From Eimeria praecox (Eukaryota), in NCBI GenBank assembly GCA_963920595.1, contig OY986946.1, positions 9,734,001 through 9,795,849 of the forward strand: DNA of 61,849 bases, given 5' to 3'. Under the pieces are notes generated by a model. That model saw only the letters and a list, made by a program, of their open reading frames with translations, was not told the DNA's origin and did no database searches. Below, piece by piece: positions 23,460-36,845 of the stretch (within the stretch, counting starts at the first letter, position 1; each line of letters opens with the position of its first letter). Position numbers and translations under genes: made by a program.

Positions 23460-26400
23460 GGGGCGTCCGGCGAGTGCTGCACAGACAGTACGGATTGCTG
23501 CGCGTTTGGCCCGTGTGCAGAAAGCTGTAGATTGAGCTTTGCTCGGTTGGTTGTTGTTTGGGGGGGGCAGCAGTCTGCATTGCTGAGTATGTGGGCAGAT
23601 GTTTGCGAGTTACGATCGGTGTATGGTAGGGGTGTTTGATGCGTGGGATTCGATGTGGCGTTGCACAGCATTAGGGCATGCAGAATATTAGACCAAATCA
23701 GTGTGGGGATGGATATGGGGATCTAGCGCAGCGTTGCGTTTTCACGGTTCAGGGTATGTGCCGGGGCAGACGGTTGCGCCTCACAGCCGGTACGCATGGC
23801 GCCGCGTTTCGCCTGTTTACAAAAAGCTGAAGATTGAGTTTCGCTTGCTGGTTGTTTGGGACGGGCAGCAGTCTACATTGCTGAGTATCTGGGCGGATAA
23901 CTGCATGCAACATGGGGGTGTTTGATCCGTTGAAGTCGATGTGGTGTTGCACAGCATTAGGGCATTTGAGTATGGAGGTGGATATTGAGATGGAGCACAA
24001 CGTTGCGTTTGCAGGGTTCAGGGTATGTGGCGGGACACATGGTGGTGGTTCACAGGAGGTGCGCATTGCGGCGCGTTTGGCCTGCCTGCAGAAAGCTGCA
24101 TATTGCGCATCGGGAGGGGCAGCAGTCTACATTGCTGAGTATCTGGGCAGATATTTGCGAGGCAGGATTGGTGCATGGTAGGGGTGTTTGGTGCGCTGGA
24201 GTAGATGTGGTGTTGCACAGCATTAGAGCATTTGAGTGTGGTTATGGCTATTTGGATGGAGCACAACGTTGCGGTTTCAGGGTTCAGGGTATGCGGCGGG
24301 GCGTCTCGTGAGTGCTGCACAGACAGTACGGATTGCTGCGCGTTTGGCCCGTGTGCAGAAAGCTGTAGATTGAGCTTCGCACGGTTGGTTATTGTTTGGG
24401 GGGGGCAGCAATCTGCATTGCTGAGTATGTGGGCAGATATTTGCGAGTTACGATCGGTGTATGGTAGGGGTGTTTGATGCGTTGGATTCGATGTGGCGTT
24501 GCACAGCATTAGGGCATGCAGAATATTAGACCAAATCAGTGTGGGGATGGATATGGGGATCTAGCGCAGCGTTGCGTTTTCACGGTTCAGGGTATGTGCC
24601 GGGGCAGACGGTTGCGCCTCACAGCCGGTACGCATGGCGCCGCGTTTCGCCTGTTTACAAAAAGCTGAAGATTGAGTTTCGCTTGCTGGTTGTTTGGGAC
24701 GGGCAGCAGTCTACATTGCTGAGTATCTGGGCGGATAACTGCATGCAACATGGGGGTGTTTGATCCGTTGAAGTCGATGTGGTGTTGCACAGCATTAGGG
24801 CATTTGAGTATGGAGGTGGATATTGAGATGGAGCACAACGTTGCGTTTGCAGGGTTCAGGGTATGTGGCGGGACACATGGTGGTGGTTCACAGGAGGTGC
24901 GCATTGCGGCGCGTTTGGCCTGCCTGCAGAAAGCTGCATATTGCGCATCGGGAGGGGCAGCAGTCTACATTGCTGAGTATCTGGGCAGATATTTGCGAGG
25001 CAGGATTGGTGCATGGTAGGGGTGTTTGGTGCGCTGGAGTAGATGTGGTGTTGCACAGCATTAGAGCATTTGAGTGTGGTTATGGCTATTTGGATGGAGC
25101 ACAACGTTGCGGTTTCAGGGTTCAGGGTATGCGGCGGGGCGTCTCGTGAGTGCTGCACAGACAGTACGGATTGCGGCGCGTTTGGCCCGTGTGCAGAAAG
25201 CTGCAGATTGAGCTTCGCACGGTTGGTTATTGTTTGGGGGGGGCAGCAATCTGCATTGCTGAGTATGTGGGCAGATATTTGCGAGTTACGATCGGTGTAT
25301 GGTAGGGGTGTTTGATGCGTTGGATTCGATGTGGCGTTGCACAGCATTAGGGCATGCAGAATATTAGACCAAATCAGTGTGGGGATGGATATGGGGATCT
25401 AGCGCAGCGTTGCGTTTTCACGGTTCAGGGTATGTGCCGGGGCAGACGGTTGCGCCTCACAGCCGGTACGCATGGCGCCGCGTTTCGCCTGTTTACAAAA
25501 AGCTGAAGATTGAGTTTCGCTTGCTGGTTGTTTGGGACGGGCAGCAGTCTACATTGCTGAGTATCTGGGCGGATAACTGCATGCAACATGGGGGTGTTTG
25601 ATCCGTTGAAGTCGATGTGGTGTTGCACAGCATTAGGGCATTTGAGTATGGAGGTGGATATTGAGATGGAGCACAACGTTGCGTTTGCAGGGTTCAGGGT
25701 ATGTGGCGGGACACATGGTGGTGGTTCACAGGAGGTGCGCATTGCGGCGCGTTTGGCCTGCCTGCAGAAAGCTGCATATTGCGCATCGGGAGGGGCAGCA
25801 GTCTACATTGCTGAGTATCTGGGCAGATATTTGCGAGGCAGGATTGGTGCATGGTAGGGGTGTTTGGTGCGCTGGAGTAGATGTGGTGTTGCACAGCATT
25901 AGAGCATTTGAGTGTGGTTATGGCTATTTGGATGGAGCACAACGTTGCGGTTTCAGGGTTCAGGGTATGTGGCGGGGCATATGGTGGGTGCTTCACAGAT
26001 AGTACGCATTGCGGCGCGTTTGGCCCGTGTGCAGAAAGCTGTAGACTGAGCTTCGCACGGTTGGTTATTGTTTGGGGGGGGCAGCAATCTGCATTGCTGA
26101 GTATGTGGGCAGATATTTGCGAGTTACGATCGGTGTATGGTAGGGGTGTTTGATGCGTTGGATTCGATGTGGCGTTGCACAGCATTAGGGCATGCAGAAT
26201 ATTAGACCAAATCAGTGTGGGGATGGATATGGGGATCTAGCGCAGCGTTGCGTTTTCACGGTTCAGGGTATGTGCCGGGGCAGACGGTTGCGCCTCACAG
26301 CCGGTACGCATGGCGCCGCGTTTCGCCTGTTTACAAAAAGCTGAAGATTGAGTTTCGCTTGCTGGTTGTTTGGGACGGGCAGCAGTCTACATTGCTGAGT

Positions 26401-27700
26401 ATCTGGGCGGATAACTGCATGCAACATGGGGGTGTTTGATCCGTTGAAGTCGATGTGGTGTTGCACAGCATTAGGGCATTTGAGTATGGAGGTGGATATT
26501 GAGATGGAGCACAACGTTGCGTTTGCAGGGTTCAGGGTATGTGGCGGGACACATGGTGGTGGTTCACAGGAGGTGCGCATTGCGGCGCGTTTGGCCTGCC
26601 TGCAGAAAGCTGCATATTGCGCATCGGGAGGGGCAGCAGTCTACATTGCTGAGTATCTGGGCAGATATTTGCGAGGCAGGATTGGTGCATGGTAGGGGTG
26701 TTTGGTGCGCTGGAGTAGATGTGGTGTTGCACAGCATTAGAGCATTTGAGTGTGGTTATGGCTATTTGGATGGAGCACAACGTTGCGGTTTCAGGGTTCA
26801 GGGTATGCGGCGGGGCGTCTCGTGAGTGCTGCACAGACAGTACGGATTGCGGCGCGTTTGGCCCGTGTGCAGAAAGCTGCAGATTGAGCTTCGCACGGTT
26901 GGTTATTGTTTGGGGGGGGCAGCAATCTGCATTGCTGAGTATGTGGGCAGATATTTGCGAGTTACGATCGGTGTATGGTAGGGGTGTTTGATGCGTTGGA
27001 TTCGATGTGGCGTTGCACAGCATTAGGGCATGCAGAATATTAGACCAAATCAGTGTGGGGATGGATATGGGGATCTAGCGCAGCGTTGCGTTTTCACGGT
27101 TCAGGGTATGTGCCGGGGCAGACGGTTGCGCCTCACAGCCGGTACGCATGGCGCCGCGTTTCGCCTGTTTACAAAAAGCTGAAGATTGAGTTTCGCTTGC
27201 TGGTTGTTTGGGACGGGCAGCAGTCTACATTGCTGAGTATCTGGGCGGATAACTGCATGCAACATGGGGGTGTTTGATCCGTTGAAGTCGATGTGGTGTT
27301 GCACAGCATTAGGGCATTTGAGTATGGAGGTGGATATTGAGATGGAGCACAACGTTGCGTTTGCAGGGTTCAGGGTATGTGGCGGGACACATGGTGGTGG
27401 TTCACAGGAGGTGCGCATTGCGGCGCGTTTGGCCTGCCTGCAGAAAGCTGCATATTGCGCATCGGGAGGGGCAGCAGTCTACATTGCTGAGTATCTGGGC
27501 AGATATTTGCGAGGCAGGATTGGTGCATGGTAGGGGTGTTTGGTGCGCTGGAGTAGATGTGGTGTTGCACAGCATTAGAGCATTTGAGTGTGGTTATGGC
27601 TATTTGGATGGAGCACAACGTTGCGGTTTCAGGGTTCAGGGTATGTGGCGGGGCATATGGTGGGTGCTTCACAGATAGTACGCATTGCGGCGCGTTTGGC
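23460..27700 (+). repeat. 838 bp higher-order repeat (3 monomers) x5
   Basis: Identical ORFs at 23701, 24539, 25377, 26215 and 27053. The marker 'gcatgcagaatattagaccaaatcagtgtgggg' occurs five times. Confidence 0.97.
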
Positions 27701-30700
27701 CTGTCTACAGAAAGCTGTGGATTTAGTGTCTCTTGCTAGTTGTGCGGGAAGACCAGCACTCTGCATTGCTGATTATCTGGGCAGATTTTTTTGAATTAGG
27801 CTCGGGGTATGGTACGGGAGTTTGGTGAGTTGCCCTCGATGGTGCATAGGATTAGAGCATTTGAGTGTGGTTATGGCTATTTGGATGGAGCACAACGTTG
27901 CGTGTTCAGGGTTCAGGGTATGTGGCGGGACATCTGGTGGGTGGTTAGCAGACAGTACGCACCGCGGCGCGTTGGTCCCTGAACAGATGTGGGTTAAGCT
28001 TCGCCTGCCGATTGTTTGGGGAGGGCAGCAGTCTGCGTTGCTGAATATCTGGGCAGATATTTGCAAGTTCGGATCGGTGCATGGTAGGGGTGTTTGATGC
28101 GTTGGAGTGGATGTGGTGTTCCACAGCATTAGAGCATTTGAGTGTGGGTATGGCTATTTGGATGGAGCAAAGCTTTGTGATTTCAGGGTTCAGGATATGC
28201 GGGGGGATATATGGGTACGTTTCACAGGTAGTACGCATTGTGGCGCATTTCGCTTGTCTACAGAAAACTGTAGTTTGAGCTTCGCGTGTTGGTTGTGTTG
28301 GAAGGGCAGCTGGCTAAATTGCTGATCATATGGGCACATGCTTGCAAGTTAGGATCGGGCTATGTTGGGGGCGCTTGGTGCGTTGCAGTCGATGCAATGG
28401 TTCACCGCATTAGAGCATTTGAGTGTGGAGATGGCTATTTGAATGAATTACAACTGTGCGTTTAAAGGGTTCATGGTATGTGATGGGACATATGGTGGGC
28501 CTTTCACAGACAGTACGGATTGCGGCGCGTTTGGCCTGTCTACAGAAAGCTCTAGATTGAGCGTCGCCTGCTGGTTGTTTGGGAAGGACACCCATTTGCG
28601 CTGCTGAGTATCTTGGCAGATATTTGCGAGTTTGGATCGCGGTATTGTAGGGGAGTTTGGTGCGTTGCAGCCGATGTGGTGTTGCACAGCATTAGAGCAT
28701 TTGAGTGTGGTTATGACTGTTTGGATGGAACACAGCGTTGCGTTTTCAGGGCTGAGGGTATACGGTGGGATATCTGGTGGGTGTGTGACAGCCGGTACGC
28801 ATTGTGGCGCGTTTGGCCTGCCTACAGGGCACTATAGATTGAGCTTCGCTTGATGCTTGTTTGGGAGTGACAACTGCGTAAATTGCTTAGTACCTTGGCA
28901 GATATTTGCGAGGCAGCATCGGTGTATGGTAGGGGTGTTTGGAGCGTTGGATTCGATGTGGTGGTGCACAGCATTAGAGCATTTGAGTGTGGTTATGGCT
29001 ATTTGAATGGAGCAAAGCGTTGTGTTTTGAGGGTTCAGGGTATGTGTCGGGTCGTTGCGTGGGTGTTTCCCAGCCGGTACGCATTGTGGCGCGTTTGGCG
29101 TGTCCACAGAAAGCTGTAGATTGAGCTTCGCCTCTTGATTCGTCGGAGATGGTAACTGTTTAAGTTGACGGGTACCTTGGCAGATATTTGCGAGGCAGGA
29201 TCGGCGTATGTTTGGGGGTGTTTGGTGCGTTGGATTCGATGCGCTGTTCCACAGCAATAGTGCATTTGAGTGTGGTTATGTCTATTTGGATGGAGCACAA
29301 CGTTGCGGTTTCAGTGTTCAGGGTATGTGGCGGCACATACGGTGGCGTTTCACAGACAGTACGCATTGCGGCGCTTTTGGCCTGTGTACAGAACGCTGTG
29401 GTTTGAACTTCGCTTGCAAGTTGTGCGGGAAAAGCAGCAGTCTGCATTGCTGAATATCTGGGCAGATACTTGCGAGTTAGGATCGGGGCATAATAGGGGA
29501 GTTTGGTGCATTAGAGTCGATGTGGTGACGAACAGCATTAAGTGTGGGGGTGGCTATTTGGATGGAGCACACCGTTGCGGTTTCAGCGTTCAGGGTGTGT
29601 GGGGGGACATCTGGTGGGTGCGTCACAGCCGGTACGCACTGCGGCGCGTTTAGCCTGTGTGAAGAAAGCTGTAGATTGAGCTTCGCTTGGGGTTGTTTGG
29701 GAAGGGCGTCTCTCGACATGCTGAATATCTGGGCAGATATTTGCGACTCAGGATCGGCGTATGGTAGGGGTGTTTGGTGCGTTGGATTCGATGTGGTGTT
29801 GCACAGCATTAGAGCATATGAGTGAGGTTATGGCCCTTTGGGTGGAGCACAGAGTTGCGCCTTCAGGGTTCAGGGTATGCGGCGGGGCATCTGGTGGGTG
29901 TTTCACAGACAGTACGCATTGCGGCACCCTTGGCCTGTGTACAAAACGCTTTGGATTGAGCTCAGCTTGGTGGTTGTTTGCGAAGCAGGATCGGCGTATG
30001 CTAGGGGTTTTTGGTGCCTTGCAATTGATGTGGTGTTGCACAGCATTAGAGCACTTGAGCTTGGGTATTTGGATGGCCACAGCGTTGCATTTTCAGGGTT
30101 CAGGGTGTGTGGCGGGACGTTTGGTGGGTGCTTCACAGGAGGTACGCTTTGCGGCGCGTTTGGCTGCTCCCCAAAGAGCTGTGGGTCGAGCGTCGATTGC
30201 TGGTTGTTTGGGAAGGGCAGCAGTCTAAATAGCTGAGTTCCTGGGCATATATTTGCAAATTGGGATTGAGGTATGGTAGGGGTGTTTGGTGCGTTGCAGT
30301 CGATATGATGTTGCATAGCATTAGAGCATTTGAGTGTGTTTATGGCTACTTGGATGGTGGACAGCGGTGCGCTTTCAGGGTCCACGAAATGTGGCGGGAC
30401 GTCTGGTGGGTGGTTCGCAGGAGGTACGCATTGCGGCGCGTTTGGCTCGTCCCTAAACAGATGTGTATTGAGGGTCGCTTGAAGGTTGTTTGGGAATTGC
30501 AACTGTTTAAACTCTTGAGTATGTGGGCAGATATTTGCGAGGCAGGGTCGGGCTATGGTAGTGGTGTTTGGTGCGCTGCAGTCGATGTGGTGTTCTGCAG
30601 CATTAGAGCATTTTGAGCGTGGTAATGGCTATTTGGATGGAGCACAGCGTCGCGTTTTCAGGTTCCAGGGTATGTGGCTGGACATCTGGTGCGTGATTCA

Positions 30701-32430
30701 CAGGAGGTACGCATTTTGGCGCGTTTGGCCTCTCTGCAGAAAGCTGTAGATTGAGCTTCCCTCGCTGACTGTTTGAGGATGGCAACTGTCTACATTGGTG
30801 AGCATCTGGGCAGATATTTGCGAGGCAGCATCGGGGAATGGTAGGTGTGTTTGGTGCGTTTCAGTCGATGTGGCGTTGCACAGCATTACAGCATTTGAGT
30901 GTGGGTATGGCTATTGCGTGTCGGGGTGGATATTGGTATGGAGCACAACGTTGCGATTTCAGGGTTCAGGGTATGTGGCGCGACATGGGGCGGCGTTTCA
31001 CAGCCGGTACGCACTGCGGCGCATTTGGCCTGTCTACAGAAAGCTGTAGTTTGAGCTTCGCTTGCTGGTTGTGTGGGAAGGGCAACTGGCTAAATTGCTG
31101 ATTATCTGGGCAGATGCTTGCAAGTTAGGATCGGGGAATGGTAGGTGTGTTGGGTGCGTTGGATTAGGTGTGGTGTTGCACAGCATTAGAGCATTTGAGT
31201 GTGGTTATGGCTATTTGGATGGAGCACAGCTTTGCGGTTTCGGGGTTCATGGTATGTGGGGGAGCATCTGGTGGGTGGTTCACAGGAGGTACGCTTTGCG
31301 GCGCTTTTGGCCGGTCCCCAAAGGGCTGTGAATTGAGCGCCGCTTGACGGTTGTTTGGGAATTGCAACTGTTTGAATAGCTGAGTATCTGGACAGATACT
31401 TGCGAGGCAGGATCGGGATATAGTAGGAGTGTGTTTTGCGTTGCCGTCGATGTGTTGCACAGCATTAGAACATTTGAGTATGGGGATGGATATTGGGATA
31501 GATTACAACCTTGCGGCTTCAGCGCTCAGGGTATGTGGCGGGACATACGGTGTGGCGTTTCACAGCCGGTACGCATGACAGCGCGTTTGGCCTATCTCCA
31601 GAAAGCTGTGGATTGAGCTTCGCGTGAAGGTTGCTGGGGAAGGGCAGCAGTCTAAATCGTTGATTATCTGGGCAGATATTTGCCAGCAGCATCCGTGTAT
31701 GGTAGGGTTGTTTGGTGCCTTGCAGTCGATGTGGTGTTGCACAGCATTGGAGCATATGAGTATGGAGGCCGTTATTGGGATGGATTACAACGTTGCGTTT
31801 CCAGGTTTCAGGGTATGTGGCGGGGTGCTTGGTGGGTGTTGCACAGGTAGTACGCATTGCGGCGCGTTTGGCCTCTCTGCAGAAAGCTGTAGATTGAGCG
31901 TCGCTTGCTGGTTGTTTGGGAAGGGCAGCAGTCTAAATAGCTGAGTATCTGGGCATATATTTGCAAATTCGGATCGAGGTATGGCAAAATCACTGCTGCG
32001 TTGCAGTCGATGTGATGCTGCGTAGCATTAGAGCGTTTGAGTGTTTTTATGGCTATTTGGATGGCCACAGCGTTGCGGGTTCAGGGTTCAGGGTATGTGG
32101 CGGGACATCTGGTGGGTGTTTCACAGCCGGTACGCATTTTGGCGCGTTTGGCGTGTCTACAGAAAGCTGTGGATTGAGCTTCTCTTGCTGGGTGTTGGGG
32201 AAGGGCATCTGTCTAAATAGCTGATTATCTGGGCAGATGCGTGGGAGGCAGGATCGGTGTATGGTAGCGGTGTTTGGTGCGTTGCAGTCGATGTCGCGTT
32301 CCACAGGATCAACTCAATTGATTTTGGCACTTTTCTTTAGAGGGGAACAAGGATGGCGTTTCATGGTTAAAGGTATGTGGAAACGGAACTTTGGGGTGCT
32401 TCACAGACGGTGCGTAAGGCGGCCGTTTAC

Positions 32431-35400
32431 GTCGATAGTGACTGGCTACGCTACCGCTATGGCAAGCGCCGCATGTCGAGTGGGATTCTGGAACACCCGA
32501 GCCAAAGCACTAAGCTCCCGAGCACGCCGACAACCATGCTGGATTCGGCCTCTTGATGGGCGCACCGACGTTGCAGCATGCGTTGCCGACTGGATGCAGG
32601 TAGAGTTTCTAAAAAGGACGCTTAATCAATCCCTGCGCTCATAGACGTTGGGCTATTACTGCAAAACCCACCAATGTGTGTTGTTGTGTATGTATTAGCC
32701 CTCCCAGAACATCCGCTTGTGCCTTTTGTAGTACTCCAGAAACCTCGCGCTTATTATATATGCATTGTTTAGGCAACGTTGCATGTATGGTAATTTTATG
32801 TAAAGGCAACTGGGCCCCAAAACGTATAGCATATGATTCCACAATGCACAGTTGCCGCCGGCCATCACCACGCGCTTGCACGCACCTTCAGTTAACGGCG
32901 TTCCCGGTCTCGCTAACAGTTCTGTCGATAACCTTGAAACAGCCATTCTGCAGCGAATGAAACAGTTGCTAAAAACCAATATGCGGCAACAAGCCATCAA
33001 CCAAGTGAGGTTGTGACGCTGGGATGCTATGTGAAGCCTGTACGCATTCCATTCATGCCAGTGCCCATGCGTGTGGCATGCGTGTGGGGCCGAACATGGA
33101 CATTGCCGCAGGCTCGAAGGCTTTAGCTCCCTGGGATCTCTATGCTTTTCCAGCGTTGAGTGGAGTGCGAGTTTAGCTGCACGCACTAGGTGAGTGCGAT
33201 GCGTATTTGACGGCGCTCAGTGGCATGCAACACTCTCTCGAGGGTTGGGCGAAGGGAGCACATGATACGGCAATGGGAGTACAACCCCCCGCCCAGGAAG
33301 CCGGTCGACTGCCTAGGGGTAATGAGCAGTCCACACGATGGATCTGCACGTAACCAAAGTTCATTTGCACTGAGCAGGGCCTCGCATGCTAGCAGGAGGC
33401 TTTCCTCGAAGAAGATGAGATCGACGGTAGTGGACACCCGCGCGTGCAAACGGCAAGGGGCTGCGCTGACCCGTCGACAAAGCTCAATCAACGCGTAGCT
33501 CTTAAGGGATCCTCACACAGTCGCACCAAACAATTCAGCTTTGGCACAACTTCAGCAGCTTCCCTTCATTGTATACACACGGATTAAGTGAGCAGGGTGT
33601 CTGTGCAGCCAGAAGCTGAGCGGTTGCTGCAAAATATTAAACCAATGAAGTCCACGATGTGCAGTCCCCACTGGCAACAGGCGCGCGCATATACGTGTGT
33701 CTCCAGAAGGCATAGTTGCACACGAAGGCAGTGCTGCGCGTGCTTTTGAAAGCGGCCTTTCCTCAGTCCATCTAGCATTTGAGTTGGCTCAGCCTTTTGA
33801 CCAGGCATGGCTTATGCGTGGCGCGTGCGTCGTATATAGAAAGTAGGCATCCATCTACATAGTTTATGTGTAAACTCTATACCGCGAATTACTCTTTGTG
33901 CCGAGGATGTCTGCATCACGTTGACGTGACATGCATATGCGAGAGCCGCAAGGGAGATACGGATCGGGTAATATGCGGAAAGCGCTTCAGTGGAACATTA
34001 CCGCGTGTAGCAAAAGAGCTAAGCGTATAGCTCTTAGAGCTAAGCGTATAGCATAGGATGCTCTGGTGTGAGGTTCTCGCATTTGGAGGCTTGCTGCTCA
34101 TTTTTGTCTTGGATAGGCTTGGATAGGCGCCGGAGGGTCATCGTTGAAGGGCAGCATGAAATGATTTGAGCAGCCCACAATTTATGCAGGCCACAAATTG
34201 CTGCATGATGCCCTACAGCGATGCCCTGCTCCTCACCCGTTTTTGTGGATACACAGATCAAGCTTAGCGCCATAGCCGAACTTCTTGTTTTCCGCATTTG
34301 TGCACTGGTGGAATAACATTCTTACAATAAGGCATGTCTCCACACACAAGAAGCTCTATCTCATCGGGATGCAAAGCAATACACACGCGCAATCTATCAC
34401 TGAGTTGGAAAATGGTGTGCTATGCTTGTCGTTTGAGCGTCGGCACAAAACATGAATGCTATTTTGAACGCAAACTGTGCCTTGGCTTTAAGCTCGTCTT
34501 GACACGACTCGAACGTTTGGGGAAGCGTCGTTACACTGACTTGGCAACAAGGCTTAAATGCGTTGCTACAGCGGATTAAAATGGCATGGAGGTTTTGACT
34601 AGCGGTTACTTATTGGAGCCTAGCAAGTGCTGACCAGGTTTGATTCCCTTGGGAAACGTCATCTCACCGCGTTTTTGCAGTAAATGCAGCAAGGCGGTTC
34701 GGGGCGCCCAACTCAGTTCGTGCGTTGGAGAACTTTTAGTGGTTTTGAGCTCACCAGCAAGACTTGATTTTGCTTTGCCAATAGATTGAACAGGTGTACG
34801 CTGTTGGCCAGGCTTGGCTCTGTATCCGGGGGCTTTTTTCTCAATGGGCTTTCAGTACAGGGCGTGTTAAGGCGGGTTATCCGGAGCGTTCAGGAATGCC
34901 TGTGTACATGAATTTGCACTGTATTATACTTTCGGTCGTTTCGCGAGAGCAGCGCAAGCGTTTAGGCTGCTTCCCTGAAATGCCCTATAAGCACAGGCCA
35001 GCCGGATGAGGGCAAAGCTGGGTAAATTGGGAGGGTGCACAGGGTTAAAGCCATAGGGCAATGCAGGGCCAGGCTATATATCAACGCTGGGGGAATCGAA
35101 TTCTGTTTCTTGTATACCGGACGTTTTGCAGAAACAAGTGGCTCCGTTGATTTACAACCATACGTTGTGAACATTTGTGGCCGATTGGGCTTAGTGGTAG
35201 AGTACGCTTTCTGCTTTCTCAGCCTTAAATGCCCAGGGGATATCGCATACGCGTTGTGTGGAACCGCAACGCAATGGCTGCCACGTCTCTCCCCTACAGT
35301 ATGAACAGTGAAGCCTGGGTCTTAATGCTGAGTTGCGAGGAGGCATTGGTAGCAAGACCTGGCATTCAGTAGCATAGGCAAGGGTCGCTTTGCACGGAAC

Positions 35401-36845
35401 GCGCGCTACTCGAACTGCGATAGGCTTAAAGTGTTTGCGGCATCGTCGTTCAACCTAAACTGGAGGGTCACTCGTTTGTAGGAGACTTTAGAGAAGCAAT
35501 AGACCTCGTTATAGAATCGTTTCGAGCAGACAGCGAGATGCATAATTGCAAGCGGAGCTCTTGCAAACACCTTAAATGGGTGCTGTCCTCATGCAAACAA
35601 CGTAGTTGGTACGCTCGAAGCATCATTGAAGCATTGCGGTATTTCCCGACACATGCTGGCGCAGTACAGAGTAGGTGCAGTGGTGATCGATCATACGTGG
35701 GCCATCTCAGTGCAGGGGGTTGCGAATCGAGAACTTGTATGGTCTAATGGGCCCTCCGATAGGAATGAGGCGAGCACGCTTTTTTCCTTGCCTGATGTCG
35801 GTCGCCGATTGAGGTGCCTTTCCAGAAGAGTTCTCAAGGCATGCTCAAAATTGCTCGCCCTTGGCACTGCAATTTTTCCCAGTTGTGCGGAGGTTGAAGG
35901 GGACCTTCGTCGTGTGTGCAGGGAGTGCGTATCCAGCTCTGGCGAGCAGCTTCGGAGACATCCCCGTTTTAGCGAGAGGCTAAAGGAACGGCAGGAGGTT
36001 CGGTGCACGCGCGGTGTATTTGAGCAGAAGAGAACGGTTCGGAGAGTGTGCATTGCGTTAGATCGTCTCAGGGCTGTACCATATTAGGGGCGCTTTTCAA
36101 GTACAGTTGTGGTCTATATTTCGAAGGCGCCTATGTGTGATGGCCTGGCACTTTGAGTTGTTCAGACGGCATTAAACCAGTGTATCGGGCTTAGCTGAGA
36201 TATTGTATTGGCCGACTACCGTTCCACTGAGTATTAGCAGCGGTAAGCTCGTACTGTGCAGTAGCGTCCGTGCTGCTTCACACTATATCGACGAGATCAG
36301 TCCGTAACGATCAGTTTCCCCCCCATGCAGTGGGATCCGCGGATTCATCAGGCAGGACGCAAGACGTTGAACCTTGGTTTCTTTTAGCGAGTCAATGTAA
36401 TGGGCTCGCGGCGAACCCCTTGTCGCATGACAAATTCCGTTTGTATACTACGGATCCGAAATCAGTGGTACATGTATTACACGAGTGATATGCGCAGGAT
36501 GTCACTTGATATTCTCGAATATGGACGATGCAGCACTCCAGGTGGCCTTTATATACACGCCAGTGGCTCGATCTGTGCTGGTACTTCGGTCGCATGCTAG
36601 CATTGCACCTAGACAAGTTATCAAAAGACATTCTCCTAGAAAGCACCAGCGTGCGTTCACCGTCCATGCTGTATCGCACAAATTTTCTCTTACACAGCAG
36701 GTGAGCAGGCTTGCCCCTATTGTTCGTCTAAAGACAGCAGCCGCTTCAGCTACGTTCCCCTTACAGAGTTGGGCTGCTCATTTGACCAGTGTGGTGTGGG
36801 ACGGGATGTGTGAGGGACGAACAAAGCTCTGATCATACCCTCAAG
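32431..36845 (+). repeat. Complex subtelomeric element, copy 2 (~4.4 kb, with a ~420 bp internal deletion)
   Basis: Highly similar and colinear with 44595-49426. Both begin 'gtcgatagtgactggctacgctaccgctatggcaag' and end 'acaaagctctgatcataccctc'. Confidence 0.95.

Larger units (their letters stand above)
11040..32430 (+). repeat. Subtelomeric satellite array 1, ~281-286 bp monomer, ~76 copies
   Basis: The landmarks 'ctgagtatctgggcagatatttgc', 'cacagcattagagcatttgagtgtggttatggctatttggatggagcacaacgttgcgttttcagggttcagggtatg' and 'cagaaagctgtagattgagcttcg' recur about every 283 bp. Monomers are most diverged at both ends. Copy number is estimated from length. Confidence 0.97.

Noticed and set aside
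11040..32430. Conserved blocks alternating with variable blocks, superficially CRISPR-like
   Set aside because: The variable parts are homologous between units, the period is ~283 bp, there are no cas genes, and the context is a eukaryotic telomere.
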